From contig JBBIIG010000030.1 in NCBI GenBank assembly GCA_037446635.1, forward strand, positions 1 to 52,588: DNA of 52,588 bases. The letters run 5' to 3'. Numbering within the stretch: position 1 is the first letter of the stretch; each line of letters opens with the position of its first letter. The DNA is from a bacterium. Its GTDB lineage: Bacteria > Zhuqueibacterota > Zhuqueibacteria > Oceanimicrobiales > Oceanimicrobiaceae. This document shows positions 9,294 through 19,195 of this stretch, in pieces. The notes below the pieces were generated by a model. The model was not told where the DNA came from and did not search any database. It saw only the letters and a program-made list of their open reading frames with translations. Position numbers and translations under genes: made by a program.

Positions 9294-10097
9294 CTATTCT
9301 CCCGGTACCACGGCGACGATGCGCAGCGGTCCGCCGCTGCCGCCTTTGATTTTCATCGGCAGGGCGATGACGGTGAAATCTTTTTCCGGAAGCTGATCGA
9401 GGTTGGCGACGTTCTCAAACGCTGGGATATTGTTTTCGAAGAGCGTGACGTGGCTTTCAAACAGGGTTGATTGGCCGTAGTCGATGCTGGGGGTGTCCAG
9501 GCCGATGGCCTTGAGGCGGCGGTTTTCCGTCAGCCACTTGGCGGCCTCGGGATGGAGGCCAGGAAAATGCAGTTTGGCGACCGCCTGCGGGCCGCGCTCG
9601 TCGGTGCCCAAATATTGGGCGCGGTCTGGCCAGTACTTGCCGAAGCCGGTGCGCAGCAGCAGGATCACGTCGTTCAATTGCCGCGCGTGCTGCGTTTCCC
9701 AATTGGTGAAGTCTTCCACCCGCACGCGGTAATCGCGATCGGCGGCGCATTTTTCCGAAACGTCAATCACCACGCCGGCGCCGATAAGCTGCCCCAGTGG
9801 AATGGCGTCAACCGTGCGCCGGCCTTCATAAAAATGAATAGGCGCATCCACGTGGGTGCCGCCGTGTTCGGCGGTGCAAATGTTGTTAGCGGCATAGTAG
9901 AAGCCGGCCGCGGTTTGTTGGGCGCTTACCACTTCTAATTGGAATTCTTTCGATGTCGGCCAGTAGATGGTGTGTTCATCAAAAGCGTAGGTGAGATCGA
10001 TGATTTTGCCGGAATAGGGATCGGATTTGGGAGAGGCGCAACTCAGCAACGCCATCAAACCGGCAACAATTAGCAAAACGTGATTTGTTTTCATCAT
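9294..10097 (-). CDS. Cyclase family metal-dependent hydrolase (kynurenine formamidase-like), lipoprotein
   Basis: EHGGTHVDAPIHF (HxGTHxDxPxH), GLDTPSID, ENVANLD, ALPMKIKGGSGGPLR; lipobox LLSC. Confidence 0.92.
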   Translation of the reverse strand: MMKTNHVLLIVAGLMALLSCASPKSDPYSGKIIDLTYAFDEHTIYWPTSKEFQLEVVSAQQTAAGFYYAANNICTAEHGGTHVDAPIHFYEGRRTVDAIPLGQLIGAGVVIDVSEKCAADRDYRVRVEDFTNWETQHARQLNDVILLLRTGFGKYWPDRAQYLGTDERGPQAVAKLHFPGLHPEAAKWLTENRRLKAIGLDTPSIDYGQSTLFESHVTLFENNIPAFENVANLDQLPEKDFTVIALPMKIKGGSGGPLRIVAVVPGE

Positions 10098-10125
10098 GTC
10101 GTTTCAAGCCCTCTGCAAAGTTTTT

Positions 10126-10199
10126 AACCGCGAAGAACGCAAAGCGGACGCCATTTTTCCTTTGCGTTCCTTTGGGTTTTCTAAGCGAACTTTGCGGTT
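10126..10199. repeat. Short-period inverted repeat (AACCGCGAAG/AACGCAAAG ... CTTTGCGTT/CTTTGCGGTT)
   Basis: aaccgcgaagaacgcaaag at 10126-10144; ctttgcgttc at 10160-10169 and gcgaactttgcggtt at 10185-10199. Confidence 0.7.
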
Positions 10200-10374
10200 G
10201 ATTTCTCTATGATAAATTTAATGTAATAAAAAATGCCTATAAAATCAACAGCCCAAATTTTGACTCAGATTGAATAAAAAACTTTCACTTGCTTTAGAAC
10301 AAAATCTTTTTAACTATAAATTGTTTGAACTCAAGGTAGAGACTCGCTGTTTTTAATCGGAAGAGAAACCACGA

Positions 10375-11124
10375 ATGCCCTCATTATGGGACGAACTCAA
10401 TGCTAAGGTCTCGGCGTTTTACAAACAGGGGAATTACTCCAAAGCCATCAAGTTTGCCAAGCAGGCCTTAGACGTTGCCAAACAAACCTTCGGGCCGGAC
10501 CACCCCAGCGTCGCCACCTCGCTCAACAACCTCGCCGGCATTTACAAAGCGCAGGGCGAATTGTCCGACGCCGAACCGCTCTATGAGCAGGCGCTGTTAA
10601 TTCGCAAAAACGCCCTGGGCGCGGAGCACCCCGCCGTGGCCGATTCCCTCAACAACCTCGGCGTGCTCTACAAAGAATTGGGCGATTTCTTCGAGGCCGA
10701 AACTATGCACAAGCAAGCGCTGGCCATTCGCGAAAAAGCGCTCGGCCCCGAGCACCTCGACGTGGCGATTTCCCTCAATAATTTGGCGGTGCTGTATGAT
10801 TCCTGGCGCAAATTTCCGGAGTCCGAGCAGATGCACCTGCGCGCGCTGCAGATCATCGAAAAAAACCTCGGGCGGCATCACGCGGTGGTGGCCACCTCCC
10901 TCAACAACCTCGCCGGTATTTACAAAACCCAGGGCATGTACGACAAAGCCGAGCCGCTTTATTTGCGCGCCCTCGCCATCCGCGAAAAAGTGCACGGCCC
11001 CAATCATCCCAGTGTCGCCGTCGTGCTGCGCAACCTTGCCACCCTCTACAAACGCGCCGGCCGCTTGGAGGAAGCGCAAAAACTGAAAGAACGCGCCCGC
11101 GCCATCGCGGCGCGCAGAAAATAA
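10375..11124 (+). CDS. Tetratricopeptide repeat protein (kinesin-light-chain-like 42-aa repeats)
   Basis: Five to six repeats of G.DHP.VA.SLNNLA..Y..QG....AEPLY..AL.I. Confidence 0.95.
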   Translation: MPSLWDELNAKVSAFYKQGNYSKAIKFAKQALDVAKQTFGPDHPSVATSLNNLAGIYKAQGELSDAEPLYEQALLIRKNALGAEHPAVADSLNNLGVLYKELGDFFEAETMHKQALAIREKALGPEHLDVAISLNNLAVLYDSWRKFPESEQMHLRALQIIEKNLGRHHAVVATSLNNLAGIYKTQGMYDKAEPLYLRALAIREKVHGPNHPSVAVVLRNLATLYKRAGRLEEAQKLKERARAIAARRK

Positions 11125-11228
11125 TCTCTTCCCACAAAATGTGCTTGCAAATCCGGCCAAAATTTATTATATAAGCCGCTAACTTTTCACTCGCCACCGT
11201 TACATCATCAAAATTGGAGGAGGAAACC

Positions 11229-11792
11229 GTGAAACCTTTTTTTGTTCCTACACTCGTATGTCTCGCCATGCTGGCGCTCGGATGCCAGCAAGCCCAAACA
11301 CCGGCAGTGGACCCGGTCGCACACGGCAAATATCTGGCGGTGGTTGCCGGCTGCCACGATTGCCACACTCCCAAAGTGATGGACGCCAGCGGCTTGCCAC
11401 TGCCCGATACCACTCGCGAGCTGGCCGGACATCCTGAAAATGAACCTTACCCCACCTGGTCGCCAGCGGATATGCAGCGCCACGCCATCGCCCTCACCAA
11501 CTTTCATCTATCGGCCTGGGCCGGACCGTGGGGCGTGAGCTTCGCCATCAATCTCACGCCGGACAGCACGGGCCTGGCCGAGTGGAACGAAGAGGCATTC
11601 GTGCAGGCCATGCGCACGGGCAAGCACCAGGGCCAGCCCAATGGCCGCGACATTCTTCCGCCCATGCCGTGGCAAAGTATCGGCATGATGACGGATGGCG
11701 ATCTCAAAGCGATGTGGGCGTATTTGCGTTCGCTGCCGCCCGTCAAAAATCAGGCGCCGCTGCCGGTTCCGCCGGCGATGCCAGCCCAATAA
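11229..11792 (+). CDS. c-type cytochrome lipoprotein (cytochrome c-553-like)
   Basis: GGAGG RBS before GTG at 11229; lipobox LALGC; CHDCH heme motif; NLTPD..G...W, ILPPMPW, DLKAMWAYLRSLPP. Confidence 0.9.
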   Translation: MKPFFVPTLVCLAMLALGCQQAQTPAVDPVAHGKYLAVVAGCHDCHTPKVMDASGLPLPDTTRELAGHPENEPYPTWSPADMQRHAIALTNFHLSAWAGPWGVSFAINLTPDSTGLAEWNEEAFVQAMRTGKHQGQPNGRDILPPMPWQSIGMMTDGDLKAMWAYLRSLPPVKNQAPLPVPPAMPAQ

Positions 11793-11797
11793 AATGC

Positions 11798-11886
11798 GCA
11801 GTGATGGAGTAGTGGAGCGCTGGATCATTGAACCATGCTCCAAATCTCATTGACCCACAACTCCATTACTCCAATTCCAGTAATCC
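11798..11886. repeat. 8-nt-period repeat hairpin (TGGAGTAx / xTACTCCA type)
   Basis: gtgatggagtagtggagcgctggatcattg followed by caactccattactccaattccagtaatcc. Confidence 0.65.
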
Positions 11887-11904
11887 TAAGCCACATATTA
11901 AATC

Positions 11905-12699
11905 TTGAAGAGAATGTGTCGTTATTTCGCCTGTAAATTAGTAATCGTCGCGGCAGGGATGTTTTTTTTTATAACGTGTCAGAAGCCAGAGCCTGTTGAG
12001 CAACCCAAAGATACACGGACGACAGCGGACCAGCCGCGCGAACCAGTGGCCGTCAGCCCTTCTGGAGTGGGCGGCGTCCTGCGCGGCCAGGTGGTGTTTG
12101 AAGGCCAGCCGCCGGCGCCGGCAAAATTGCTGGTAGTGAAAGACGCGGCAATCTGCGGGAAGATCGATCACGTGGACGAACGCCTGAGGGTGGGAAAAAA
12201 TGGCGGCATTAAAAACGCCGTCGTTTATCTCGCGGACGCGCCTGGCGGAAAATCACTCGCCGAGTTGGGCAGCGAGTTCATTCTCGATCAGCGGGTTTGC
12301 GCCTATCAACCGCACGTGCTGATTGCGCCGGTAAACGCACCCATTCAGATTCTCAATAACGACGGCATCCTGCACAACATCCACACCTTCAGCGCCAAAA
12401 ACCCGCCGCTGAACCTGGCGCAGCCGGCGTTCAAAAAGAAGATGGAGATCGCTTTCGGAATTCCAGAAGCAATCCCCGTGAAATGCGACGTGCACGGCTG
12501 GATGGGCGCGTGGATTTTTGTGGTCGATCATCCTTATTACGCCGCCACCGATGACGAGGGACGCTTCGTCCTGACGGACATTCCGCCGGGAACTTACACC
12601 GTTCATTGTTGGCAGGAGATTTTGGGGGAACAAACCGCAGAGGTGACCATCGGCGCTGGCGAGACGATGCACGGATTCAGCTATTCTTCCAAACCTTGA
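11905..12699 (+). CDS. Secreted cupredoxin-like / carboxypeptidase-regulatory-domain protein
   Basis: LDQRVC.Y.PHV, N.DGILHNIH, KCDVHGWM (C-x2-H-x2-M), HPYYA.TD..G.F.L.DIPPGTY. Confidence 0.85.
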   Translation: MKRMCRYFACKLVIVAAGMFFFITCQKPEPVEQPKDTRTTADQPREPVAVSPSGVGGVLRGQVVFEGQPPAPAKLLVVKDAAICGKIDHVDERLRVGKNGGIKNAVVYLADAPGGKSLAELGSEFILDQRVCAYQPHVLIAPVNAPIQILNNDGILHNIHTFSAKNPPLNLAQPAFKKKMEIAFGIPEAIPVKCDVHGWMGAWIFVVDHPYYAATDDEGRFVLTDIPPGTYTVHCWQEILGEQTAEVTIGAGETMHGFSYSSKP

Positions 12700-12926
12700 G
12701 ACGGTTCAGCTTTTTCTCATCCAATAATCGTGTTTGCTTGTCCTTGGCCATCATAGCGATTGCCATTATCACCAGGGCGCCCCAAGGCTAATATAAACGG
12801 CTGGCCTCTCCGCAATGGTTGAAACGATCATAAGCAGAAAAGCCAGCAGGAAAAAACGCCTCTCCCAATCGAAAGAATTTCTGCACCATAGCCCTCCTCC
12901 TATTAAGCTTTGCAAAGCAAATCCCG

Positions 12927-14701
12927 TCAGCCGCCCACTAAAGCCAGCCGGAATGCGGCCATCTCCTGGCCGTTGCGAACCAGCAGCACGTCACCGGCTA
13001 ACACCGGGTGATTCCAGGTTTTGCCCTGAATCGCCGGGAACCGCGCCAGTTCTTTGAACCCATCGGGGGCCGCCGCGACCAGCGCCAGCTCGCCCTGCTC
13101 CGACAGCACCAGCAGCAGATCCTGATCGGCCAGCAGGAATATCTGGCCGGAGCCGTAGCGTCCGCCCTTCCATTTGCGCGTGCCGTCCTTGAGGTCGATG
13201 CACGCGAGAATGCTGCCGTCGAAGCCGAAGGCATGGCCGTTGTGAACGACGAAATCGCCGTAATAGGGCTTCAGCCCTTTCGAGGTCCAGCGCTCGGCGA
13301 CGCGCCAGCCGCTGTCCCCCTGCGCAACCGCGAGGCGGCGTATCCCGCTTTCCGCGGTGACGCTGATTAAAATGCCGCCGTCCGTGGTCAACGCCGGCTG
13401 CACAATGGGGTAGCCTCCCCATTTGTGCTCCCAGAGCAGCGCGCCGTCGCCCGGCGCGACGCTGCTCACGCCGGCGCCGCTCAGCGTCAGAATCTGAGTG
13501 ACGCCGTCGATGGTCAACAGATGCGGCGAGCTGTAACTTTCGCCGCCTTTTGGGCCGAACCAACGCGGCTCGCCAGTGGTTTGGTCATAGGCGGCCAGCG
13601 CGCCGGAAGCGGCAACGATGACGAGGCTGTCGATCGCCAGCGGCGAGCTGGAGAACGCCCAGCCCGGCAGCTTCACGCCGGTGTCGGTCGCGGCGTTGCG
13701 CGACCACACCACGGAACCATCGGCGGCGTTGAGCGCGTTCAGAATTCCCGTCGCGCCAAAGGTATAAACCCGGCCGTTGCTCAGGGTTGGCGTGCCGCGC
13801 GGGCCGGCGCCGGCGTTCGATTCCCAAAACCGCGCCGCGTCGCGGTGCATCCACACCGGTTCGCCGGTGATCAAGTTATAGCAGGAGACCACTTCGTCGT
13901 CGCCGCGCTGTTCCTGGGTGTAGAGAAGGTCGCCCTGAACCGCGAAGGACGACCAGCCCGGCCCGATAGGCCTTCGCCACAGCTCCGCTGGTGGCGATGC
14001 CGCCCAGTTGGTCTCGATGCGCACCCCGCGAACGACGCCATCGCGGCCGGCGCCGCGAAAGCCCGGCCACTCGGCGTTTGCGGCGGTTGGTGCAGCGGCC
14101 GCCGGGAGTTCCGCCGGCTCATCGCCGGCCGCGGCGGGCAGTGGCTCATCGGGCGTCTCGGCGGCGGCCGGCGCCGGCGGCAGCGCCATCGGCTGATCGA
14201 CCACGCGAAATCGCTATCGCCCTCGCCAGTAAAGCCGCCAGTGCGGACGAACGCCCACCCTCCGCACGCCAAGAGGATGGCCGCCGCCATGGTCGCGTAC
14301 CGAAGTCCAACCGGAAATCGGCGGCTAACTGCGGCCCAAACAACAAAGGCCAGGCTCAACACCGGAATGGCGTAAAGGAAGAACAGCATCCCCATCGCCC
14401 CGGTTGCAATGGACTCGTGGAGGATGAACCGCGTCGCAAACAGCGCCGCGGCCATCACGGCGACGGCGCTCAAACGCTCAAGCCACGGCGCCCGGCTGAA
14501 GAAAACCCACCACACGATAATAGCCAACCCGCAAACCAGTGCCCCCATGATCCCGTAGAACGTGGCCTCGGGCACAACCACCGGGAGGACAAATCTGCCC
14601 AACCATTGCAGCGCCACAATCACAACCCCAGGCCACAGCCGCAGCGGTTTCTGCCGAGACGGGTCGCCCGTTTGAGCGTGTGCCATATCATGCTTTGCCA
14701 T
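12927..14701 (-). pseudogene. Membrane-anchored PQQ-binding-like beta-propeller protein, frameshifted near 14200
   Basis: The N-terminal 5-TM part (from 14701 to ...DFAW) and the propeller part (EWPGFRG..RDG, GWSSF, GPRGTP, TWNHPV) are in different frames. Confidence 0.85.
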
Positions 14702-14832
14702 AATTTTTTCCTTTCTTTAGCGTTGTCTAATCCTCACACAATTTTGAAATTGTGGAGCTTGGTAGAATCATTATCTGACAGAAGGTGAATAGCGCGTATG
14801 AAAAAGGGAAGATACCGCGCGTTCTGCGCTCA

Positions 14833-16782
14833 TCAAAAATTCCGGGGAAGGGAACTCAGCCGCTGCTGCCGCTCGCGCCAGTTCAAAAAACCCACGGCTG
14901 CCGCGCCAATGAACGCCGGCAGTTGCACCGCCAAATGCGCGCCGTCGCTTTTCGTCAGCAGAAAACAAAAGGCGCAGATGAGCAGCGCCGCGCGTTCCCA
15001 CATTTTCAGCGGCGCGAAAAGGTAGCTGGTCACACTAGCCGCCAAAGGAACGATTCCAAAAAACGTTAGCAGTAAATTAATGACAACTGCCAACACGCCG
15101 GGCGCGCCGCCGTCGGCGGAGAGCAGCAGCAGCTCCGGGCGCAGTACAAAGGCGAACGGCAGCGCAAATCCCACCAACGAAAATCGGAACGCCGCCCAGC
15201 TCGACGGCATGATGCCGGCGCCAGCGATGGCGGCGGCCGTGTAGCCCGCCAACGCCACCGGCGGCGTCACCATCGACATCATCCCAAAATAAAAAATGAA
15301 GAGATGCGCCGCGAGCGGAATCAATCCCAAGTCGCCAAGAATCGGGCCAATCAGCGTGGCCATCAAAAGATAGCACACCGCGGAGGGCAGGCCCATCCCC
15401 AAAATGATGGTGGAGATCATGATCAAAATCAGCGCGAAAATGAGATTGTTTTGCGCCAGCGCCAGCAGCACCGCCGGCAGCCGCGAGCCGACGCCGGTGA
15501 GCGTGACCACTCCCAACACAATGCCCACGCACGACGCCGCCACAATCAGCGGCACCCCGCCGTGCGCCGCTTCGCTCATCGCGCGGTAGAGGCCGCGCGG
15601 GGTGACGCGGGTTTCCTTTTTCCAAATGCTGAGAAGTAAAATGACCATCAGGCTGAGCGACACCGCGCGAAACGGCGTGTATCCTAAAATTAGAAATAGA
15701 ATGAGCGTGCCGATGGCCGCAAAAAAAACCACCCCTTGCATTTTTTCGGTCGGGGCGTCCTCGGCGGCCACTTCTTTTTTCCAGCCCATCGCGCCAACAA
15801 ATTTTGCGCGAAAGTGCACGATGAACAGCAGCGCGGCGTAGTACAACATCGCCGGGATGAGCGCGGCTTTGATGATTTGCAAATAGGTTACCGGCGGGTT
15901 GATGATTTCCAGCATCATGTAGGCGCCCGCGCCCATGATCGGCGGCATGAGCGCCCCACCGGAGCTGGCCGCCGCTTCGATGCCGGCCGCGGTGTGCGGC
16001 AAAAAGCCGTAGCTTTTCATCATCGGAATGGTGAAGGTGCCGGTGGTAGCGACGTTGGCCACGGCGCTGCCGGAGAGCGAGCCCATCATGCCGCTGCTCA
16101 CCACCGCCACTTTCGCCGGCCCGCCGACGCTGTTGCGAAACAGATGGCGCGCAAAATTGATGATATACGCGGTGGCGCCGGTCTTTTCCAAAACCGTGCC
16201 GAACAGCACAAACAGAAACACGTAGGTGAACATCACGTTGAGGGCGATGCCGAACACCCCCTGGCTGTGCAAAAAAGTCTGGCTGACGATGCGCTGCCAG
16301 TCGTAGCCGCGGTGCGGAAAGAGCCAGTCCGGCAAATAGGGGCCGTAAGCGGCGTAAATCAAAAACAAAAGCGACAGCAGGGGCAGGCTCCAGCCGATGG
16401 CGCGGCGAGTGGCTTCGAGAACGAGGAGCACGCCCAGCAAGCCCATCAGGTAATCCGCCGGCTGTTCCATGCCGGCGCGCTCGCCGAGGGAGCGCCCCGC
16501 CAGCCACCACTCGTTGAAAACCGGCTCCGATTGCAGCAGCACAAATCCGAAGCACACAACAGCGGCAAGGATGAAAACAAAATCGATAAGTTGAAAGAGG
16601 ACGGATTTTTCAAACCGCGGATGAATGGGATATTTGAGAAATACCAGAATCGAACCCAGCAACGCAAAAATGGCGAGATCCGCCTGCGGGGTGAGCCGAG
16701 GATAATTGACTTCAAATAAAACAAACAGCGTGAGCGCGGCGGCAAGCGCCCCGAATACGGCGCGGCGAGTACGATCGAGCAT
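14833..16782 (-). CDS. TAXI-TRAP transporter fused 4TM/12TM permease
   Basis: GGPAKVAVVSS..MGSLSGSAVANV.TTGTFTIPMMK, EAAASSGG.LMPPIMGAGA, AAHLFIFYFG..S.VTPPVAL; ATG at 16782. Confidence 0.95.
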   Translation of the reverse strand: MLDRTRRAVFGALAAALTLFVLFEVNYPRLTPQADLAIFALLGSILVFLKYPIHPRFEKSVLFQLIDFVFILAAVVCFGFVLLQSEPVFNEWWLAGRSLGERAGMEQPADYLMGLLGVLLVLEATRRAIGWSLPLLSLLFLIYAAYGPYLPDWLFPHRGYDWQRIVSQTFLHSQGVFGIALNVMFTYVFLFVLFGTVLEKTGATAYIINFARHLFRNSVGGPAKVAVVSSGMMGSLSGSAVANVATTGTFTIPMMKSYGFLPHTAAGIEAAASSGGALMPPIMGAGAYMMLEIINPPVTYLQIIKAALIPAMLYYAALLFIVHFRAKFVGAMGWKKEVAAEDAPTEKMQGVVFFAAIGTLILFLILGYTPFRAVSLSLMVILLLSIWKKETRVTPRGLYRAMSEAAHGGVPLIVAASCVGIVLGVVTLTGVGSRLPAVLLALAQNNLIFALILIMISTIILGMGLPSAVCYLLMATLIGPILGDLGLIPLAAHLFIFYFGMMSMVTPPVALAGYTAAAIAGAGIMPSSWAAFRFSLVGFALPFAFVLRPELLLLSADGGAPGVLAVVINLLLTFFGIVPLAASVTSYLFAPLKMWERAALLICAFCFLLTKSDGAHLAVQLPAFIGAAAVGFLNWRERQQRLSSLPRNF

Positions 16783-16787
16783 TGAGG

Positions 16788-17828
16788 TCACGGCGCCGGC
16801 GATTCGGGGTTGGATTCCGCCGGCCAAATGCCGATCTCTTTGTAGTAACGAATGGCGCCGGGATGAAAGGGCGCGCCGGTATCTTTCACGACGTTTTTGG
16901 GATTAATGGCGCGCCCCGCCGGGTGCTTCTGCGCCACCTCTTCGCGATGCTCGTACAGGATTTTGGTGAATTGGTAAACCGTCTCCTCATCCATGTTGGA
17001 AGAGGTGATGAGGTGCATGGAGCCGACGTTCAACCCCTCAAACGGCTCGCTTTGCCCGCGATAGGTTTCCGCCGGGATGACGGCGGCTTCGAAGAAGGGG
17101 TAGGTTTCGATTAAGCGATTTTTAGCCTCTTTTTCAAATGGAATAAAATAAATGTCCTGCGAGGCGCTGGCCTGAGTAATAGAGGCCGTGGGCACCGCGC
17201 CTCCCAAAAACGCCGCGGCCGCGGCGCCGTCCGCCAGCATATCGACCGCAGCGGCCTGGGTGTTGTTAAGGGGTGTGAAATCATCGTATGTCAATCCATG
17301 CTCTTTCAGAATGGGCTGCACAAAATATTCGAAGCCGGCGCCCGAAGGGCCCACCACCACGCGCTTGCCCTTCAAATCCGCCAGGGTTTTGATGCCGCTC
17401 GACTTTGGGGTGATGAACAGCGCCACGTTGGGCGCGAGGGTCATCACCACCTGCACCGGCTGCGGCGCCGGCCACTCGCCCTCGCCGCGCACCGCAAAGT
17501 AAGTGATGGCAGCGTTGGCCATGCCAAAATCCAATTCGCCGCGCACCAGCCGGCGGATATTTTCCTGCGTGCCTTTGGTGGCCTCCGAAGAAACCTGCCA
17601 GCCGAACTCGCTGGCGTTGGCGCCGACTACTTGCGCGATGGCATCTCCAACAACGGCAAATGCGCCTCCCAACGGCGCGGTGCCGATGCTCATGAAATGG
17701 CGATCGCCCTTTTTCTGGCCTGCGCCGTCGTTTGATTGCGAACATCCGAACAACAGGGCGGCAAAGAGTACGAAATGCAACATTCGAATTGCGCCAGAAT
17801 GTTGTCTGAGTCGCAGCAAAATCAACAT
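16788..17828 (-). CDS. TAXI family TRAP solute-binding lipoprotein
   Basis: Lipobox LFGC; SIGTAP.GG, T.G..ENIR, DLKGKRV.VG..G.G, PFHPGA.RYYKEIG. Confidence 0.95.
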   Translation of the reverse strand: MLILLRLRQHSGAIRMLHFVLFAALLFGCSQSNDGAGQKKGDRHFMSIGTAPLGGAFAVVGDAIAQVVGANASEFGWQVSSEATKGTQENIRRLVRGELDFGMANAAITYFAVRGEGEWPAPQPVQVVMTLAPNVALFITPKSSGIKTLADLKGKRVVVGPSGAGFEYFVQPILKEHGLTYDDFTPLNNTQAAAVDMLADGAAAAAFLGGAVPTASITQASASQDIYFIPFEKEAKNRLIETYPFFEAAVIPAETYRGQSEPFEGLNVGSMHLITSSNMDEETVYQFTKILYEHREEVAQKHPAGRAINPKNVVKDTGAPFHPGAIRYYKEIGIWPAESNPESPAP

Positions 17829-17968
17829 GCTTCTCTCCTTAAATTTTCAAATCTAAAATAGACCAGCAAAGCTCAGTTTGAATCGCCTGCAAGAAGGAAT
17901 TGTTACGGAAAAGTTTAGCGGGTTATACGCGCCGAACGGCGCAAGGTTCGATGCCTGCAAAAGAAAGA

Positions 17969-18778
17969 TTACTGCGTCACGTGCGCGATGAAGTCCCACA
18001 GTTTAGCAAAATACGCCGGGCCGCCAATAATATACGTGTCGTTGTGATCGGCGCCGGCAATTTCGTAAAATTCCTTCGGCGGGTTGGCGGCGTCGAACAA
18101 TTTGCGGCCGAGGCGCAGCGGTACGACGCGATCGCGCTCGCCGTGAATCATGAGCAGGGGCAGATGAATTTGCTGGATTTTATTCACCGAGTCGAATTTG
18201 GTTTTGATGATGAGGTGGAGCGGCAGGCCGTAGGCCGCCCACGCCATGTCCGCCGCGGAGGTGAAGGTCGATTCCAGGATCAATCCCGCGGCTGGACGTT
18301 TTGTGGCGAGATCAATTGCGACCGCGCCGCCCAACGATCGCCCAAAAAGGATAATTTTATCCGGTTGCACCTCCGGCAGCGTCAGAAGAAAATCATAGGC
18401 TGCCAGGGCGTCGAGATAGACGCCCTCTTCGTTGGGCGACCCCGCGCTTTTGCCGTAGCCGCGGTAGCCAAAAATGAAAACGTTGATGGGCAGCCGGCTC
18501 AGTCGGGATAAATTGTCGAGGCGGTCGGAGATGTTGCCGGCGTTGCCGGTGCACCACAGCAGGGTAGCCGCGGCGGTGTCATGTTGTAAAAACCAGCCGT
18601 GCAGTTGCACGCCGTCGGTCGTTTTGAAAAAGCAGTCGCGCAGGTTCAGGCCGAAAGCTTGCGGCTGCCAGTAGCCAATGGGATATTTTGTTGGAAAAAA
18701 GATGAGCTTGTTTTCGGCGAGCCGAATCAGCAAAATGAACAGCAGGATAAAAACCACAAGCGCAGCGGCAAATTTCAT
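17969..18778 (-). CDS. Alpha/beta hydrolase (ABHD13/Bem46-like), N-terminal TM anchor
   Basis: GNAGNI, YRGYGKS.G.P.E.G.Y.D, GRSLGG nucleophile elbow, HG.RD.VVP, ADHND. Confidence 0.92.
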   Translation of the reverse strand: MKFAAALVVFILLFILLIRLAENKLIFFPTKYPIGYWQPQAFGLNLRDCFFKTTDGVQLHGWFLQHDTAAATLLWCTGNAGNISDRLDNLSRLSRLPINVFIFGYRGYGKSAGSPNEEGVYLDALAAYDFLLTLPEVQPDKIILFGRSLGGAVAIDLATKRPAAGLILESTFTSAADMAWAAYGLPLHLIIKTKFDSVNKIQQIHLPLLMIHGERDRVVPLRLGRKLFDAANPPKEFYEIAGADHNDTYIIGGPAYFAKLWDFIAHVTQ

Positions 18779-18805
18779 CGTGCGAAAGCCATGTTAACCT
18801 TCCTA

Positions 18806-19189
18806 TTATTTACCCAGCCGCCGCAGCACAAACTTCCCCAAAAAATGGATATTGTCACCCTTCTGCAGGTAATCAAAAAATTGCCGGCCCATCTCCCGCC
18901 AGGTGGTTTCGTCGATGTCGTAAAAAATATTTTTGCCGGCGCGGTTCGCGGCCACCAGATCGGCGGCGCGCAGCAGGGCTAAATTGTGGCTCACGGTCGG
19001 CTGCGGCATCGAGAGCGTCTCTGAAATTTCACTCACCGAACACGGCCCTTCTTTGGCCAGCAAAAGCATGATGCGCAGCTTGCTTTCTTCGCTGATGAGT
19101 TTGAGAATCTTGCTGGCGCGGCGGATGTACTCTGGCGGAAAAAACGTGCTGAACTCGTTCTCGGCGACTTTTTGAGTTTTGACGGGCAT
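18806..19189 (-). CDS. ArsR/SmtB family transcriptional regulator
   Basis: LRIMLLL...CSVSEISETL.MPQPTVSHNLALLRAADLV..R.GK.IFY winged HTH. Confidence 0.92.
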   Translation of the reverse strand: MPVKTQKVAENEFSTFFPPEYIRRASKILKLISEESKLRIMLLLAKEGPCSVSEISETLSMPQPTVSHNLALLRAADLVAANRAGKNIFYDIDETTWREMGRQFFDYLQKGDNIHFLGKFVLRRLGK

Positions 19190-19195
19190 GTTGAT

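Noticed and set aside
10500..11050. Regularly spaced DNA repeats (ctcaacaacctcg..., 126-bp period) as a possible CRISPR array
   Set aside because: They are the coding repeats of the 42-aa TPR units, in frame and degenerate at third positions; no cas genes.
15077..16719. 492-aa (-) and 327-aa (+) ORFs overlapping the TRAP permease
   Set aside because: Alternative-frame or antisense shadows, Arg/Gly/His-rich, with no domain signatures.
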